Virus record (IMG/VR): IMGVR_UViG_2925891887_000003
DNA length: 55,008 nt
Strand: one strand, 5' to 3'
Origin: a virus
Taxonomy: Duplodnaviria; Heunggongvirae; Uroviricota; Caudoviricetes
Shown here: piece by piece, positions 1 to 8,633 of the stretch
Layout: every line of letters begins with the position of its first letter
How positions within the stretch are numbered: position 1 is the stretch's first letter
Notes under the pieces: generated by a model
Told to the model about the DNA's origin: nothing
Seen by the model: only the letters and a program-made list of their open reading frames with translations
Database searches by the model: none
Translations under genes and position numbers: made by a program

Positions 1-2334
1 CTATTTTGTGATTTCGAGACTGCACTTCGGTAGCCAGTCAGCATTGCATTCTTCTCTAAGTGCCAGATTGGTCTGCATTCCCTGATTGGTCCGCCGCTTC
101 TCGTACTGCAGCCCATACTCTTTCAGCATTAACGGCAACCCCTTGCCAAACATGGTCAGACTGAGCGTGTTTTTATAGCCGTTGGCTTCCATGTAGACCA
201 GATAAGCATGGTAAAGGTATGTACGAGGCTGACGTGGGACAATATTGGCGTTCCCCATAAACATGCCGTTGGTGTCAGGTAATGCCTCAAGGTAGCCACA
301 AAAATCAAATGCTGGATCAGCATCACGCTTGATGGTGAGAGCCTCATCAGAATTCTGCTGCGACTGAAGCAATGTTCTGGCGCTCATCGGATCGCTGAAA
401 CGCTGCATGAGCTGACGAACAATCACAGCCAGTTCTCGTGCAATTTTATCTTTCAGCTGCGGATCGCGTTCTTCCGGTGCTATCTGCTCAGGAAAATGCA
501 GAATAACTCTCCTGCGGGACACACCACCACTGCGATCAGTGAAGCGCATAGGATTATTATTTACGGCCAGGATAACCGCCGGAATATGTGTTGAATAAGC
601 ATTCTGATATTTGGGGTCCACAGATACTGCATCGCCACCAGTTATAGCCTTAAGCCCGGCGCCGTCGCCGCTCCACTTCTCCTGATCAGGCAGGCGAATA
701 AGAGAAAAACCTATCAGAGCCGCACGTTCTCGCGGGGACTCCAGCGTTTCAATGGTCGCAGAGGTGGCGTTATCCTCTCCAGCAAGCATGGTCGCAATTT
801 CAGCCAGAATACTTTTGCCACTTCCACCAGGGCCAGTCACTTCCAGAAAGAGCTGCCAGTCATAGCGGTTCGCCAGCACCATAAATAACGCTGCAAGAAT
901 AATGTCGCGCTTTGCTGGCTTGTGTCCGGCGGCCCGGTCCAGCCAACGCCAGAATGCCGGGGCATGAGTTTCAAGCGTTTCCCCTTTTACCGGTGGCGTG
1001 AAATCGACTTCACACACGGTACGCAGCCAGTTCTCTTTACAGTGCGGACTAAAAAGCCCTGTTCGCGTATCGAGGACGCCATTACGAAAACCAATCAGAT
1101 GACGTGCCGGATTTTGCTGCTGCGGAACAATTAACTTTAATGTTTCCACCAATGAGGCAATTTTTCCTGAGGAAAACGGTGCACCGAGGCGCTGGAAAAG
1201 GGCTGCGACATCTCGGGCAAAATCTGACTGAGAAATCACTTTCCACGCTCCAGACTCGTAGCGGGATAAAAGCTGTCCGTTCGGATCAACCGCCAGTGCA
1301 TCCCTGTAATGCTCCCGAACCCTCTGAGCTTTTTCGCTGACACTCATCGCTGTGAATTCTGCTTCACTCATTGTGTCGAAAGGACTGGCGTTATGTGGCT
1401 TCAAAGCCTCAAGAATTGCCTTCCGGGTGGATTCCTCTCCGTAATGGGCAAGCGCATCATTCCAGTCACCAAAAACCGGTGGCAGCACAATGTCACACTG
1501 ACACGCTTTTGCAGCAGCTTCAGCCCTGTTCTGGCCTGAACCATTCAGATCTCGGTCCGCTGCAATAATTAGCTGATACCCCGGATACTTGTTATGGGCA
1601 ACGCTGGCCAGAGAAAGAAAGTTGACCGACGAAAATGCCACCATGACGGCTTCTCCTGTCAGATGATGAATGGTAAGCGCCGTTGCGTAACCTTCTGCAA
1701 TCCAAACCCTTCTTACAGAACTCCCGCCCCCTTCTATCAGATGATAGGCCTCCTTAACCTGACCTCCTTTAAGAAAACACTTGCTACCATTGCCACTGAT
1801 AAGCTGAATATTCACCAGCTCCCCGTCAGCGTTATAGAGCGGGACGATCAAATCACCGGGGCGGAACATCACCCCACCGGTTTTATGAGCTGAAGTCAGC
1901 TCATGGCAAACATGCTCCGGGAAACCTTTATGTGTAAGATAAGTGTTTCCGGCAGATTCACGCGAGGCTTGCAGCAGTCGCGCGGCAAGTGCTGCCGCTG
2001 CATCTTTCCCGCTATCGGTATCGGCGGTTAACGTCCTGACTTCGGAATTAGCTATAAACAGACCATGTGTCAGTCCATGTATCCTGTCAGCTGCTTCACT
2101 GATATCCACATTCAGTGCCCTGGTGACAAGCGCTAAACCATCCCCGGCTCCGCACTGATTGCAGAACCATGTTCCGCGTCCTTCCTGATCGTCGAAGCGA
2201 AAACGATCTTTACCGCCACAGACCGGACAAGGCTGATGGCGATTTTTCAATATATTCACGCCCAGCGCTGGCAGAATCTGAGCCCAGTGACCGCGGGCAG
2301 CCTTCACGGCCTGACTGACTTTCATTCCTGACAT
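1..2334 (-). CDS. P4 alpha-like bifunctional primase/helicase (satellite replication protein)
   Basis: ORF 1..2385; likely start at internal ATG 2334 (MSGMKVSQ...), giving 777 aa. N-terminal zinc ribbon CPVCGGKDRF...WFCNQCG typical of phage primases; Walker A GPGGSGKS in the C-terminal helicase part. Stop codon at 1-3. Confidence 0.85.
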   Translation of the reverse strand: MSGMKVSQAVKAARGHWAQILPALGVNILKNRHQPCPVCGGKDRFRFDDQEGRGTWFCNQCGAGDGLALVTRALNVDISEAADRIHGLTHGLFIANSEVRTLTADTDSGKDAAAALAARLLQASRESAGNTYLTHKGFPEHVCHELTSAHKTGGVMFRPGDLIVPLYNADGELVNIQLISGNGSKCFLKGGQVKEAYHLIEGGGSSVRRVWIAEGYATALTIHHLTGEAVMVAFSSVNFLSLASVAHNKYPGYQLIIAADRDLNGSGQNRAEAAAKACQCDIVLPPVFGDWNDALAHYGEESTRKAILEALKPHNASPFDTMSEAEFTAMSVSEKAQRVREHYRDALAVDPNGQLLSRYESGAWKVISQSDFARDVAALFQRLGAPFSSGKIASLVETLKLIVPQQQNPARHLIGFRNGVLDTRTGLFSPHCKENWLRTVCEVDFTPPVKGETLETHAPAFWRWLDRAAGHKPAKRDIILAALFMVLANRYDWQLFLEVTGPGGSGKSILAEIATMLAGEDNATSATIETLESPRERAALIGFSLIRLPDQEKWSGDGAGLKAITGGDAVSVDPKYQNAYSTHIPAVILAVNNNPMRFTDRSGGVSRRRVILHFPEQIAPEERDPQLKDKIARELAVIVRQLMQRFSDPMSARTLLQSQQNSDEALTIKRDADPAFDFCGYLEALPDTNGMFMGNANIVPRQPRTYLYHAYLVYMEANGYKNTLSLTMFGKGLPLMLKEYGLQYEKRRTNQGMQTNLALREECNADWLPKCSLEITK

Positions 2335-2348
2335 GATGCAGTTCTCCC

Positions 2349-2672
2349 TCAGTGTAAAACCGGCTTTTTGATGTGACGGACGCATAACTCATCCATTACG
2401 GCTATCCCGAGCTGGGAGAGTGCGGGACAGGACATTAGAGGGCCGGATTCCATCAGGTCTGAAAGCAGGGCGCAGGCGATTTCCATGCCTTTTGTTTGCC
2501 CGTGCTGTCGCAGATAAAATCCTTCAAGCTCACGGGCAATAGCGGTTTCAATTTCATCCAGAGTGAGCTGCAGGTGGCGGTTTTGCTGATAGCAGGCACT
2601 CAACCAGGCGCAGGCTACCGCGCGGCGATACAACGCTACCCGAAGTGAAAGGGAAAGAGTGCGTGATTTCAT
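2349..2672 (-). CDS. hypothetical protein, immediately upstream of alpha in the leftward operon
   Basis: 107-aa ORF, 14 nt upstream of the alpha start, same strand; ATGA overlap with the next ORF upstream. No recognisable motif. Confidence 0.4.
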   Translation of the reverse strand: MKSRTLSLSLRVALYRRAVACAWLSACYQQNRHLQLTLDEIETAIARELEGFYLRQHGQTKGMEIACALLSDLMESGPLMSCPALSQLGIAVMDELCVRHIKKPVLH

Positions 2673-2893
2673 TGCACCACCTCCATGTTCATCAGGTCAT
2701 CCTGGCAACGCTGTACCACGCCATCAAGCTGCTCTGTCATCAGATAAATCAGGGAAACCAGTTGCTCACATTGAGCACTGGCAGGTTTTTCGTAGCAATC
2801 CTGAAGAACAGCCATTCCGGTGACAAACTCCCCCACGTTACGAAGATGCTTCAGGCGGACAATATCGTCATAAGAGATTGCGGCGTGATTCAT
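2669..2893 (-). CDS. hypothetical small protein (position of P4 epsilon-like genes)
   Basis: ORF 2669..2932; internal ATG at 2893 ([11 protein letters not shown]...) preferred. Translationally coupled to the downstream ORF. Function inferred only from position. Confidence 0.3.
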   Translation of the reverse strand: MNHAAISYDDIVRLKHLRNVGEFVTGMAVLQDCYEKPASAQCEQLVSLIYLMTEQLDGVVQRCQDDLMNMEVVQ

Positions 2894-3287
2894 CACATCA
2901 CCTCCCGGACAGGCAGGCGAGCAGCAAGGCAAAGCACATATTCATGGACCAGTGAAAGACGTGCATGAGACTCATCGCTGGCGACAATACGCAGCATACT
3001 GATACGTGGTTTACGTTCTGCACGACGAACGGCGGCAAAAACAAATATAAATTGAGGATGTGATGGGGTGAGGATCGTAGCCATAAGGGCAATCTCCAAT
3101 AAGTAGCGGTTATTGCCACCACCAGAGCTGCAAATCTCATGGGTGATGGCCCGGACGGGGTTTGCAGTACCGGCCTTATTGGAAACCGGCCAGCCCGAAG
3201 GCTGCCCCGCCCGGACCACCATTATCTGACAGGAGCCACGGTGTAAGCACCACAGCCCGAAAAATAGGTGTGCCTGAGCAACGACAT

Positions 3288-3309
3288 AAAAAAACACGCT
3301 CGACGCGTG
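3288..3309 (-). terminator. intrinsic terminator downstream of the AlpA/Vis-like gene
   Basis: On the minus strand: 5-bp GC stem (CACGC/GCGTG, loop GTCGA) followed by U7 (plus-strand A-run 3288-3294). Confidence 0.45.
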
Positions 3310-3437
3310 CTGTGTCGCCAATAAGTTACACGGGCTGCAAATCCCGGCTGCCGATTTTGCGGCAGCGGAAAAACTATAACTGGAAAGGTTGCCAGGACGC
3401 AAGCCACAAAAAAAGAGATGAGACTGCAAAGCCAGAT

Positions 3438-3698
3438 TCACGCATGGACTCCTTGCTCGCGGGCTGCAATTCGCGCCGCCATCCATGCACTGACCTCCGA
3501 CTGTACCCAGGCAACATTTTTTCCACCCAGGGAGATCTGCTGCGGGAAGGCATCACGGCTGATAAGGTCGTAGATGGTTGAACGGGATAGCCCGCAAAGG
3601 TGCATCACTTCAGGTAATCGTATGAAGCGCTCCTGCTGAGTCGGAACCGGGAGCACCGGAGCAGCTGGTGCCTGGGTGGAAACGGAAATAGTATGCAT
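3438..3698 (-). CDS. AlpA/Vis-family (MerR-like) phage transcriptional regulator
   Basis: 86 aa; [49 protein letters not shown] matches the AlpA-family pattern (RLP.V....G.SRST.Y......FP....LG...V.W..SEV..W). First gene of the leftward operon, divergent from the late operon. Confidence 0.75.
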   Translation of the reverse strand: MHTISVSTQAPAAPVLPVPTQQERFIRLPEVMHLCGLSRSTIYDLISRDAFPQQISLGGKNVAWVQSEVSAWMAARIAAREQGVHA

Positions 3699-4232
3699 CT
3701 CGCTACCTCTCTAATATGTTTTCAGTAGTCCGGAGAATTCCATCCGGATTCAGGTAGTTCCTTATTATGTTTATATAAGCGGCTCGCGCATGCTTTATTT
3801 AATTAGAGTGAAATATTGCTTTCTCAAAAAATAAAACAGCTAAAAACCGGATAAAACGGACAAAAACAAATCATTCCTTCATGGAATATAATAAGGAACT
3901 TAAAGAATAAAAAAGTCTATTACACCAGGCAGGATCGCAGCTCAAGCCTGAACCAGACCATATCATTCCGGGCGTTACATCATAAGGACAAAGACGGCAC
4001 CGGAATAATAAAAGGGCCAAAAAACATCCATAAAAAACAGTTCATCATATGTATTAATTAAATTAACGACTAAAAAATTAAATTACCCGCATCCTTCCGC
4101 ATTTATCCGGATGTGTTTAATGAGCATCAGACAGATTCATTTTTATGGATATTTTCTTGAAATGCAACCGAGTGTAGGGAGGTTAAGTTTTGAATTTTCA
4201 AACAGACATAAGACACATTTTATACTGTATAT

Positions 4233-4450
4233 TGAATAGTGTTGAATACGTGTGAATAGTGGTGATGAGTAAAAATCTAGTAATAAACTGAAATAAAGAT
4301 CGCGACTCATATGAAAAACAAATATAAGTTTAAATTTATCTCTGTGAACAGTCATGAACAGTAGATGACCACTTTGATTTAAACACTACACTCCTTAATT
4401 CCATGTATTTACTATTCTTTTATAAAAGTGAACAGTAGTGAATAGTATGT
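4233..4450. repeat. cluster of at least 7 TGAAYAGT-type short repeats (candidate iterons or operator sites)
   Basis: tgaatagtg, tgaatacgtg, tgaatagtgg (4233-4260); gtgaacagtc, atgaacagtag (4345-4365); gtgaacagtag, gtgaatagtat (4429-4450). Confidence 0.5.
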
Positions 4451-4511
4451 ATTAAAGGAAGGGTGAAGATCAGACATGACACCTTTCTCTGGCTAGCCAG
4501 AACAAGGTCAT

Positions 4512-4529
4512 TGTTCAGTCACTGGCACA
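4512..4529 (+). promoter_or_regulatory. TGT-N12-ACA dyad, candidate Ogr/Delta activator site of the late promoter
   Basis: tgt tcagtcactggc aca, ~75-90 bp upstream of the Sid-like start codon; P2/P4 late promoters carry a TGT-N12-ACA element near -55. Confidence 0.4.
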
Positions 4530-4601
4530 ATCCTCATCGGTAGTGCGCTTGTATGGGCACCGGCACAATTGACTCAACAACAAAACACTACCGGAGCAGC
4601 C

Positions 4602-5354
4602 ATGACAACTGTTAACCAGATCCCTGATGTAAACATTACACCTTCCCTCCCGCCGAAAATTCGCGAAGCGGTAGAAAAAGTTAAAGCAGCAAAAGCTGTC
4701 TGGCAGGAAGAACGGCGAAAACAAACTGAAGCCGCTGCAATGACTGAAACTATCCGTAAACGTCAGGAAGATACAAAAACGGAGACGCAGGCGCTTAATG
4801 ATGAATGGCGAAACCTGTTTCGTGAGAATCAGGGGAATATGACGCCACGAATGAAAAAACTGCGGGCAGAAATCGCCCTCGGACGCGAAACACTGGATGA
4901 GTTCGAAGATTTGCTGGCAGCTCAGGCCGCAGAAAATGAATTCCTGCCATGGAAAACTGCGGATGCTGCAAACCGCTACATCAGCGAACATAATCGCCTG
5001 ATTGAAACTCATGCAGTGTGGCTCTGGAATGAGTTTATGAAGGAACACGGCCAGAAACTTATTCAGATCCTTGGACTGCTGAAAATGACTCTGGGCCGAA
5101 GCGCATCTTCTGTTATCGGTGTAGTTCATACCGTAAACGACCCCGAAAGTGTGCTGAAGCAATTTATCAGCGAGCAACTCACCACTCCGGCACTGTCCTG
5201 TAACGTATCTTCAACGGATGATATTGCCCTGCCGGGGATCAGCATTTATGCGGACGATAAAGCCATACAGGATGCCAGACAATCACCCAGCCCTGCAGCG
5301 CGTTCCCGGATGCTTAAACAGCGTGACATGGTTAAAGGGGGCGAGAAGGAATGA
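4602..5354 (+). CDS. P4 late-operon protein, possibly Sid-like capsid size determination protein
   Basis: ORF 4569..5354 (TTG); ATG at 4602 with GGAG upstream preferred (250 aa). Predicted helical and charged; first gene of the operon ending in Psu-like and Ogr/Delta genes. Sid assignment is positional only. Confidence 0.4.
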   Translation: MTTVNQIPDVNITPSLPPKIREAVEKVKAAKAVWQEERRKQTEAAAMTETIRKRQEDTKTETQALNDEWRNLFRENQGNMTPRMKKLRAEIALGRETLDEFEDLLAAQAAENEFLPWKTADAANRYISEHNRLIETHAVWLWNEFMKEHGQKLIQILGLLKMTLGRSASSVIGVVHTVNDPESVLKQFISEQLTTPALSCNVSSTDDIALPGISIYADDKAIQDARQSPSPAARSRMLKQRDMVKGGEKE

Positions 5355-5905
5355 ATACCGGAACCATTACTAAGGAAGCTCTCAACGATTACCGCGCGGC
5401 GATAAAAAGCTGGCTGACACTACGTAATGTGCAAAGTACCAGCCAGCTTCGTCTGGCGGCTTTGCTGGATACTGAAGAAAAACCCGCAGCATATGCCAGC
5501 CAACTTGAGGATCTTCGTGAGCATCTTGTACTCCTCGAATGGCAGATTAACTGTGCCGCCCGGGATGGTCTTTATGCTCACCAGATTGTGCTGGAAAGCT
5601 GTGTTACAAGCGCAACTGAAAACTTCATGAGCGAGCATGGTGATGCACTCACTGACGCTCTGGCTCCTTTTCTTTGCGCACCATACGGGCTTGAGGCGGC
5701 AATGAAAATATTACGAACCGCTGTAGCCCGACAAACGGAAGTCCGTACTCCGGTAATTTCAGCAGCATATAAGAGCATTATCGACGAAACCGGATTAACG
5801 GTGGATGCATCAATGCGCGCTGATGCTTCAGCCAGTTTCACCCCGGCACAACATAAAGTTTTCCTGGCCCGCCTTAACCGACTTAATGAAAAAGGAGTGT
5901 GCTGA
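5351..5905 (+). CDS. Psu-like (polarity suppression / capsid decoration) protein
   Basis: 184 aa; ATGA overlap with the upstream gene. Segments ALTDALAPFL and SFTPAQHKVF resemble what I recall of P4 Psu. Moderate confidence. Confidence 0.55.
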   Translation: MNTGTITKEALNDYRAAIKSWLTLRNVQSTSQLRLAALLDTEEKPAAYASQLEDLREHLVLLEWQINCAARDGLYAHQIVLESCVTSATENFMSEHGDALTDALAPFLCAPYGLEAAMKILRTAVARQTEVRTPVISAAYKSIIDETGLTVDASMRADASASFTPAQHKVFLARLNRLNEKGVC

Positions 5906-5906
5906 T

Positions 5907-6179
5907 ATGGCCCTGAAGTGTCCTGAATGTGGCGCGGTCGCTCACGCTAGAACCAGCGCCTATGAAGCTCCGTCGGTTAAACGCTCATGGTATCAGTGCC
6001 AGAGTCTGGAATGTTCCTGCACATTTACCGCACTGGAAAGCGTGGATACGATAATTATGAAGCCTCGGCGCAATGAACAGGCATCAGACAAAGCAAAAAT
6101 GCCGGAAAAACAACAGCAAACTCTCAATCGCTATGGCTCCGCGTCAAAGCTGTCAAACCGTCAGCAAATTCCTGTCTGA
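5907..6179 (+). CDS. Ogr/Delta-family zinc-finger late transcription activator
   Basis: MALKCPECGAVAHARTSAYEAPSVKRSWYQCQSLECSCTFTALESV matches the Ogr/Delta C-x2-C...C-x4-C finger pattern; AAAGGAG RBS 9 nt upstream of the ATG. Confidence 0.85.
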   Translation: MALKCPECGAVAHARTSAYEAPSVKRSWYQCQSLECSCTFTALESVDTIIMKPRRNEQASDKAKMPEKQQQTLNRYGSASKLSNRQQIPV

Positions 6180-6270
6180 TTAGCAAAATACGCCCACGAA
6201 GTCTCGGTCCAGTACCGGGATTTTTTACGCTTTTTCCCTGGCTGGCCTGAGAGCGTATGAGTGCATATCT

Positions 6271-6309
6271 ATGGCGCATGAAAACGCATGAGTCTCATGC
6301 GCCATTTTT
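6271..6309 (+). terminator. intrinsic terminator of the late operon
   Basis: Perfect 11-bp inverted repeat atggcgcatga / tcatgcgccat followed by TTTTT. Confidence 0.6.
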
Positions 6310-6383
6310 GACGCGAAAGCCCTTGTGTGGTGGCTTCTGAGACGATTTAAGGGGTGCATGAAAACCAGTCTGTTAAGCGAAGC

Positions 6384-6407
6384 GGGCAGGCGGGCGGGGC
6401 TGCGCAC
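6384..6407. other. candidate cos (cohesive end) site of the P4-like element
   Basis: GC-rich gggcaggcgggcggggctgcgcac resembles my recollection of the P2/P4 cohesive end (GGCGAGGCGGGGAAAGCAC); sits where cos is expected, between the late operon and the cargo/int region. Not verified by alignment. Confidence 0.3.
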
Positions 6408-6451
6408 GCTGAGGGGAAGTATTGAGATCGGTGAGGGGAAATCTGATTCAT

Positions 6452-6473
6452 TAAAAAGGCCGCTTTCGCGGCC
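6452..6473 (-). terminator. intrinsic terminator ending the reverse-transcriptase operon
   Basis: Minus strand: GGCCGC-GAAA-GCGGCC hairpin followed by UUUUU, ~120 nt downstream of the RT-B stop. Confidence 0.6.
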
Positions 6474-6590
6474 TGTTTAGCTAAAAGGCAATAGTGTGTC
6501 TAAATCGGTCCATCCTCAAAACGTATCGCGAATATCTTTCGGATGAACATTCAAAAGCCGATCTTCCGGTATCTGCTTCAGGTCGAAACC

Positions 6591-8630
6591 TTAGGCATCG
6601 CAACCCTTTAACGAAATTAAAATACTACTATTCATATGCTGTTCGCAACTCTTTTTTATAAAGAACGTGCTCAAGATCAGCATCTCCAGACCAGTTAAAA
6701 AGATTACATTATTTTTTAAAGAATCAATTTCAGAATCAATTACTGCATTCGTAAATCTTTTTTGACCTGTATTTGCTTCGACATATGTTCTATAAATTAT
6801 TCTCTTATGCTTAACTGTAAGATATGGGCACGTCATCATATCAAGGAATAGCATAAATGTTTCAGTGTCTTTTTTTATATCGTTCCGACCACTTATCAAA
6901 CTCTGTATAGCAAGGACAATATCTTCTTTCATTTTTAGATAGAGAACATCATCGCCTATATAGTGTAACATGCTGCATATAGAAAAATATTCTAAATCGT
7001 AAAAACACTCATTCTCACTAATACCCAACAAATCCTTAAATTCATCTGGATTGAGTTTATACTGCTCCCCCAAACCTTTCATACATATAAGTAAGTTAGA
7101 TAACTCCACTGGCCTCTCATGAATATTACCCATGCTTTTCATGCACATAAGAAGCTCATCAAAAGTATTCTTTTTTATAACTTCACTAATGTCTGAAGCT
7201 TGCTTATTAGCAAATGAATTTATTTCCAAAATAACTTGGCTAATTATGTATGTCTGTCGGACTCGAAAATCCATAGCATAAATAAAAAAAATCACCTCAT
7301 TGAATATTGAGAAGAATTTATAAGTTATATCTTCTTTTCCTGACAGATCGAACATCCTCAACAGCCTAATTACTTTGAAAAACTTACTCTTAATCGCACT
7401 TATTAAGTATGAGCTAACAAGATCAAATGTGGTATTGTTTTTTCTAACCGCAATTTTGATTCGTTTTATAAATTTGTCCGCGTGTAGCTTTTTATTCCAT
7501 ACACCTTTCAATGGAAAAAGGTTATTCATATTTTCAGGCTGAATTTTGACGTCTGGATTTAAATTAACCATAGCTGTTAACTCATCCAACTTCTCAGTAT
7601 GGATTAACGATCCATATAAATCCTCAATGATTTCTGCAATATCATTTTTAGCCATCGTGGCTCCAGTCACGAATGGCCTCTCGATAAATTCCTTTTTAGA
7701 TTCATTCAAATAAAGCTTATATTTTTCGAGTTCATTTGCCAGTACAAATTCTATTAGCTTAAATGTTTCATCATCATCCGCAAATATAAAATAATCATCA
7801 ACGTAACGTCTTATAGCATAGCTCTTATCTTTAACTATGCCTGGCTCAAGATTCAAATGAGACTCAACATTCAAGTCAACGCGCTGTAATATAATCTCCG
7901 CAAATATCCTTGAAAATTCAGGCCCAATTATTATGCCATTTGTTTCACCATAATTGGCATCTTGAAAAAGCTTATCCAAACAACCTTCAAAGCTGTTATA
8001 AGTTCTATTAACCTTAGAGAATTCTTTAGATTTTACAGCCCATGAAACGCTGTGTGTATATATATGACTAAAACACTTAGCAATATCAAGCTTTAAAAGT
8101 TTCCTAAACTTCCTTTCCAATCTATGAAATTCATATGACTCATAAAACTTATAGATGAAAGGATATTTCTTATATGAAAAATGGGAAGATGAGGAAGTTT
8201 CTTGGGAATCAAAGCCATGATTATGAAATTGTACAAGACCATCTTTTAGATTTATTCTACTTTTTAAGAAGTCCTTTTCGTAATAATAGCTCCCTATTTT
8301 GCTAGGATAACGTAGCGAAAACGGACTTTTTGTACACATATGAACCATCAAATGTTCATACTTATCATAAAAATCACAGATTCTTAACTGCGTTGAAGGA
8401 TGTATAATGCCAAGGCTTCGAGAACTCGCCAGCCCCTTTTTTATTTTATAGGAGTAAGGGATGGTATAAGAATCCAGCTTAAGGCCTTCTGAAAATGTTC
8501 CGGGTAAAACTTTATTTTCAGAAATTAACTTATAGAAACCTTCGTTAGAAAAAAGGATAGGGACTTCATATGGTAAAATATCCGTGAGAAGTACTCTTTT
8601 ATAATCACTCTTCGATATTTTAATTTTCAT
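6591..8630 (-). CDS. reverse transcriptase, large (RT-B; UG/Abi-class defence-type RT with ~390-aa C-terminal extension)
   Basis: 679 aa, ~30% GC. RT motifs: LKLDIAKCFSHIYTHSV (motif A with Asp), NGIIIGPEFSRIFAEIILQRVD (motif B), RRYVDDYFIFADD (motif C, YVDD). GGTGA RBS; start 3 nt after the RT-A stop. Confidence 0.85.
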   Translation of the reverse strand: MKIKISKSDYKRVLLTDILPYEVPILFSNEGFYKLISENKVLPGTFSEGLKLDSYTIPYSYKIKKGLASSRSLGIIHPSTQLRICDFYDKYEHLMVHMCTKSPFSLRYPSKIGSYYYEKDFLKSRINLKDGLVQFHNHGFDSQETSSSSHFSYKKYPFIYKFYESYEFHRLERKFRKLLKLDIAKCFSHIYTHSVSWAVKSKEFSKVNRTYNSFEGCLDKLFQDANYGETNGIIIGPEFSRIFAEIILQRVDLNVESHLNLEPGIVKDKSYAIRRYVDDYFIFADDDETFKLIEFVLANELEKYKLYLNESKKEFIERPFVTGATMAKNDIAEIIEDLYGSLIHTEKLDELTAMVNLNPDVKIQPENMNNLFPLKGVWNKKLHADKFIKRIKIAVRKNNTTFDLVSSYLISAIKSKFFKVIRLLRMFDLSGKEDITYKFFSIFNEVIFFIYAMDFRVRQTYIISQVILEINSFANKQASDISEVIKKNTFDELLMCMKSMGNIHERPVELSNLLICMKGLGEQYKLNPDEFKDLLGISENECFYDLEYFSICSMLHYIGDDVLYLKMKEDIVLAIQSLISGRNDIKKDTETFMLFLDMMTCPYLTVKHKRIIYRTYVEANTGQKRFTNAVIDSEIDSLKNNVIFLTGLEMLILSTFFIKKSCEQHMNSSILISLKGCDA

Positions 8631-8633
8631 GAA

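Larger units (their letters stand above)
3699..4601. promoter_or_regulatory. AT-rich divergent control region between leftward (AlpA/Vis) and rightward (late) operons
   Basis: ~900 bp with no convincing ORF, very AT-rich, flanked by divergently oriented genes; contains clustered short repeats and a TGT-N12-ACA site. Confidence 0.5.

Noticed and set aside
2893-3486. 197-aa and 80-aa minus-strand ORFs, and the 139-aa plus-strand ORF 3162..3581, as genes
   Set aside because: Translations are Cys/Ser/Pro-rich with implausible composition in a GC-rich hairpin-containing segment; more consistent with a structured non-coding region.
4515-5177. 220-aa minus-strand ORF antisense to the Sid-like gene
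   Set aside because: Entirely antisense to a better-supported plus-strand gene in an operon with coupled starts; Cys/Phe-rich translation.
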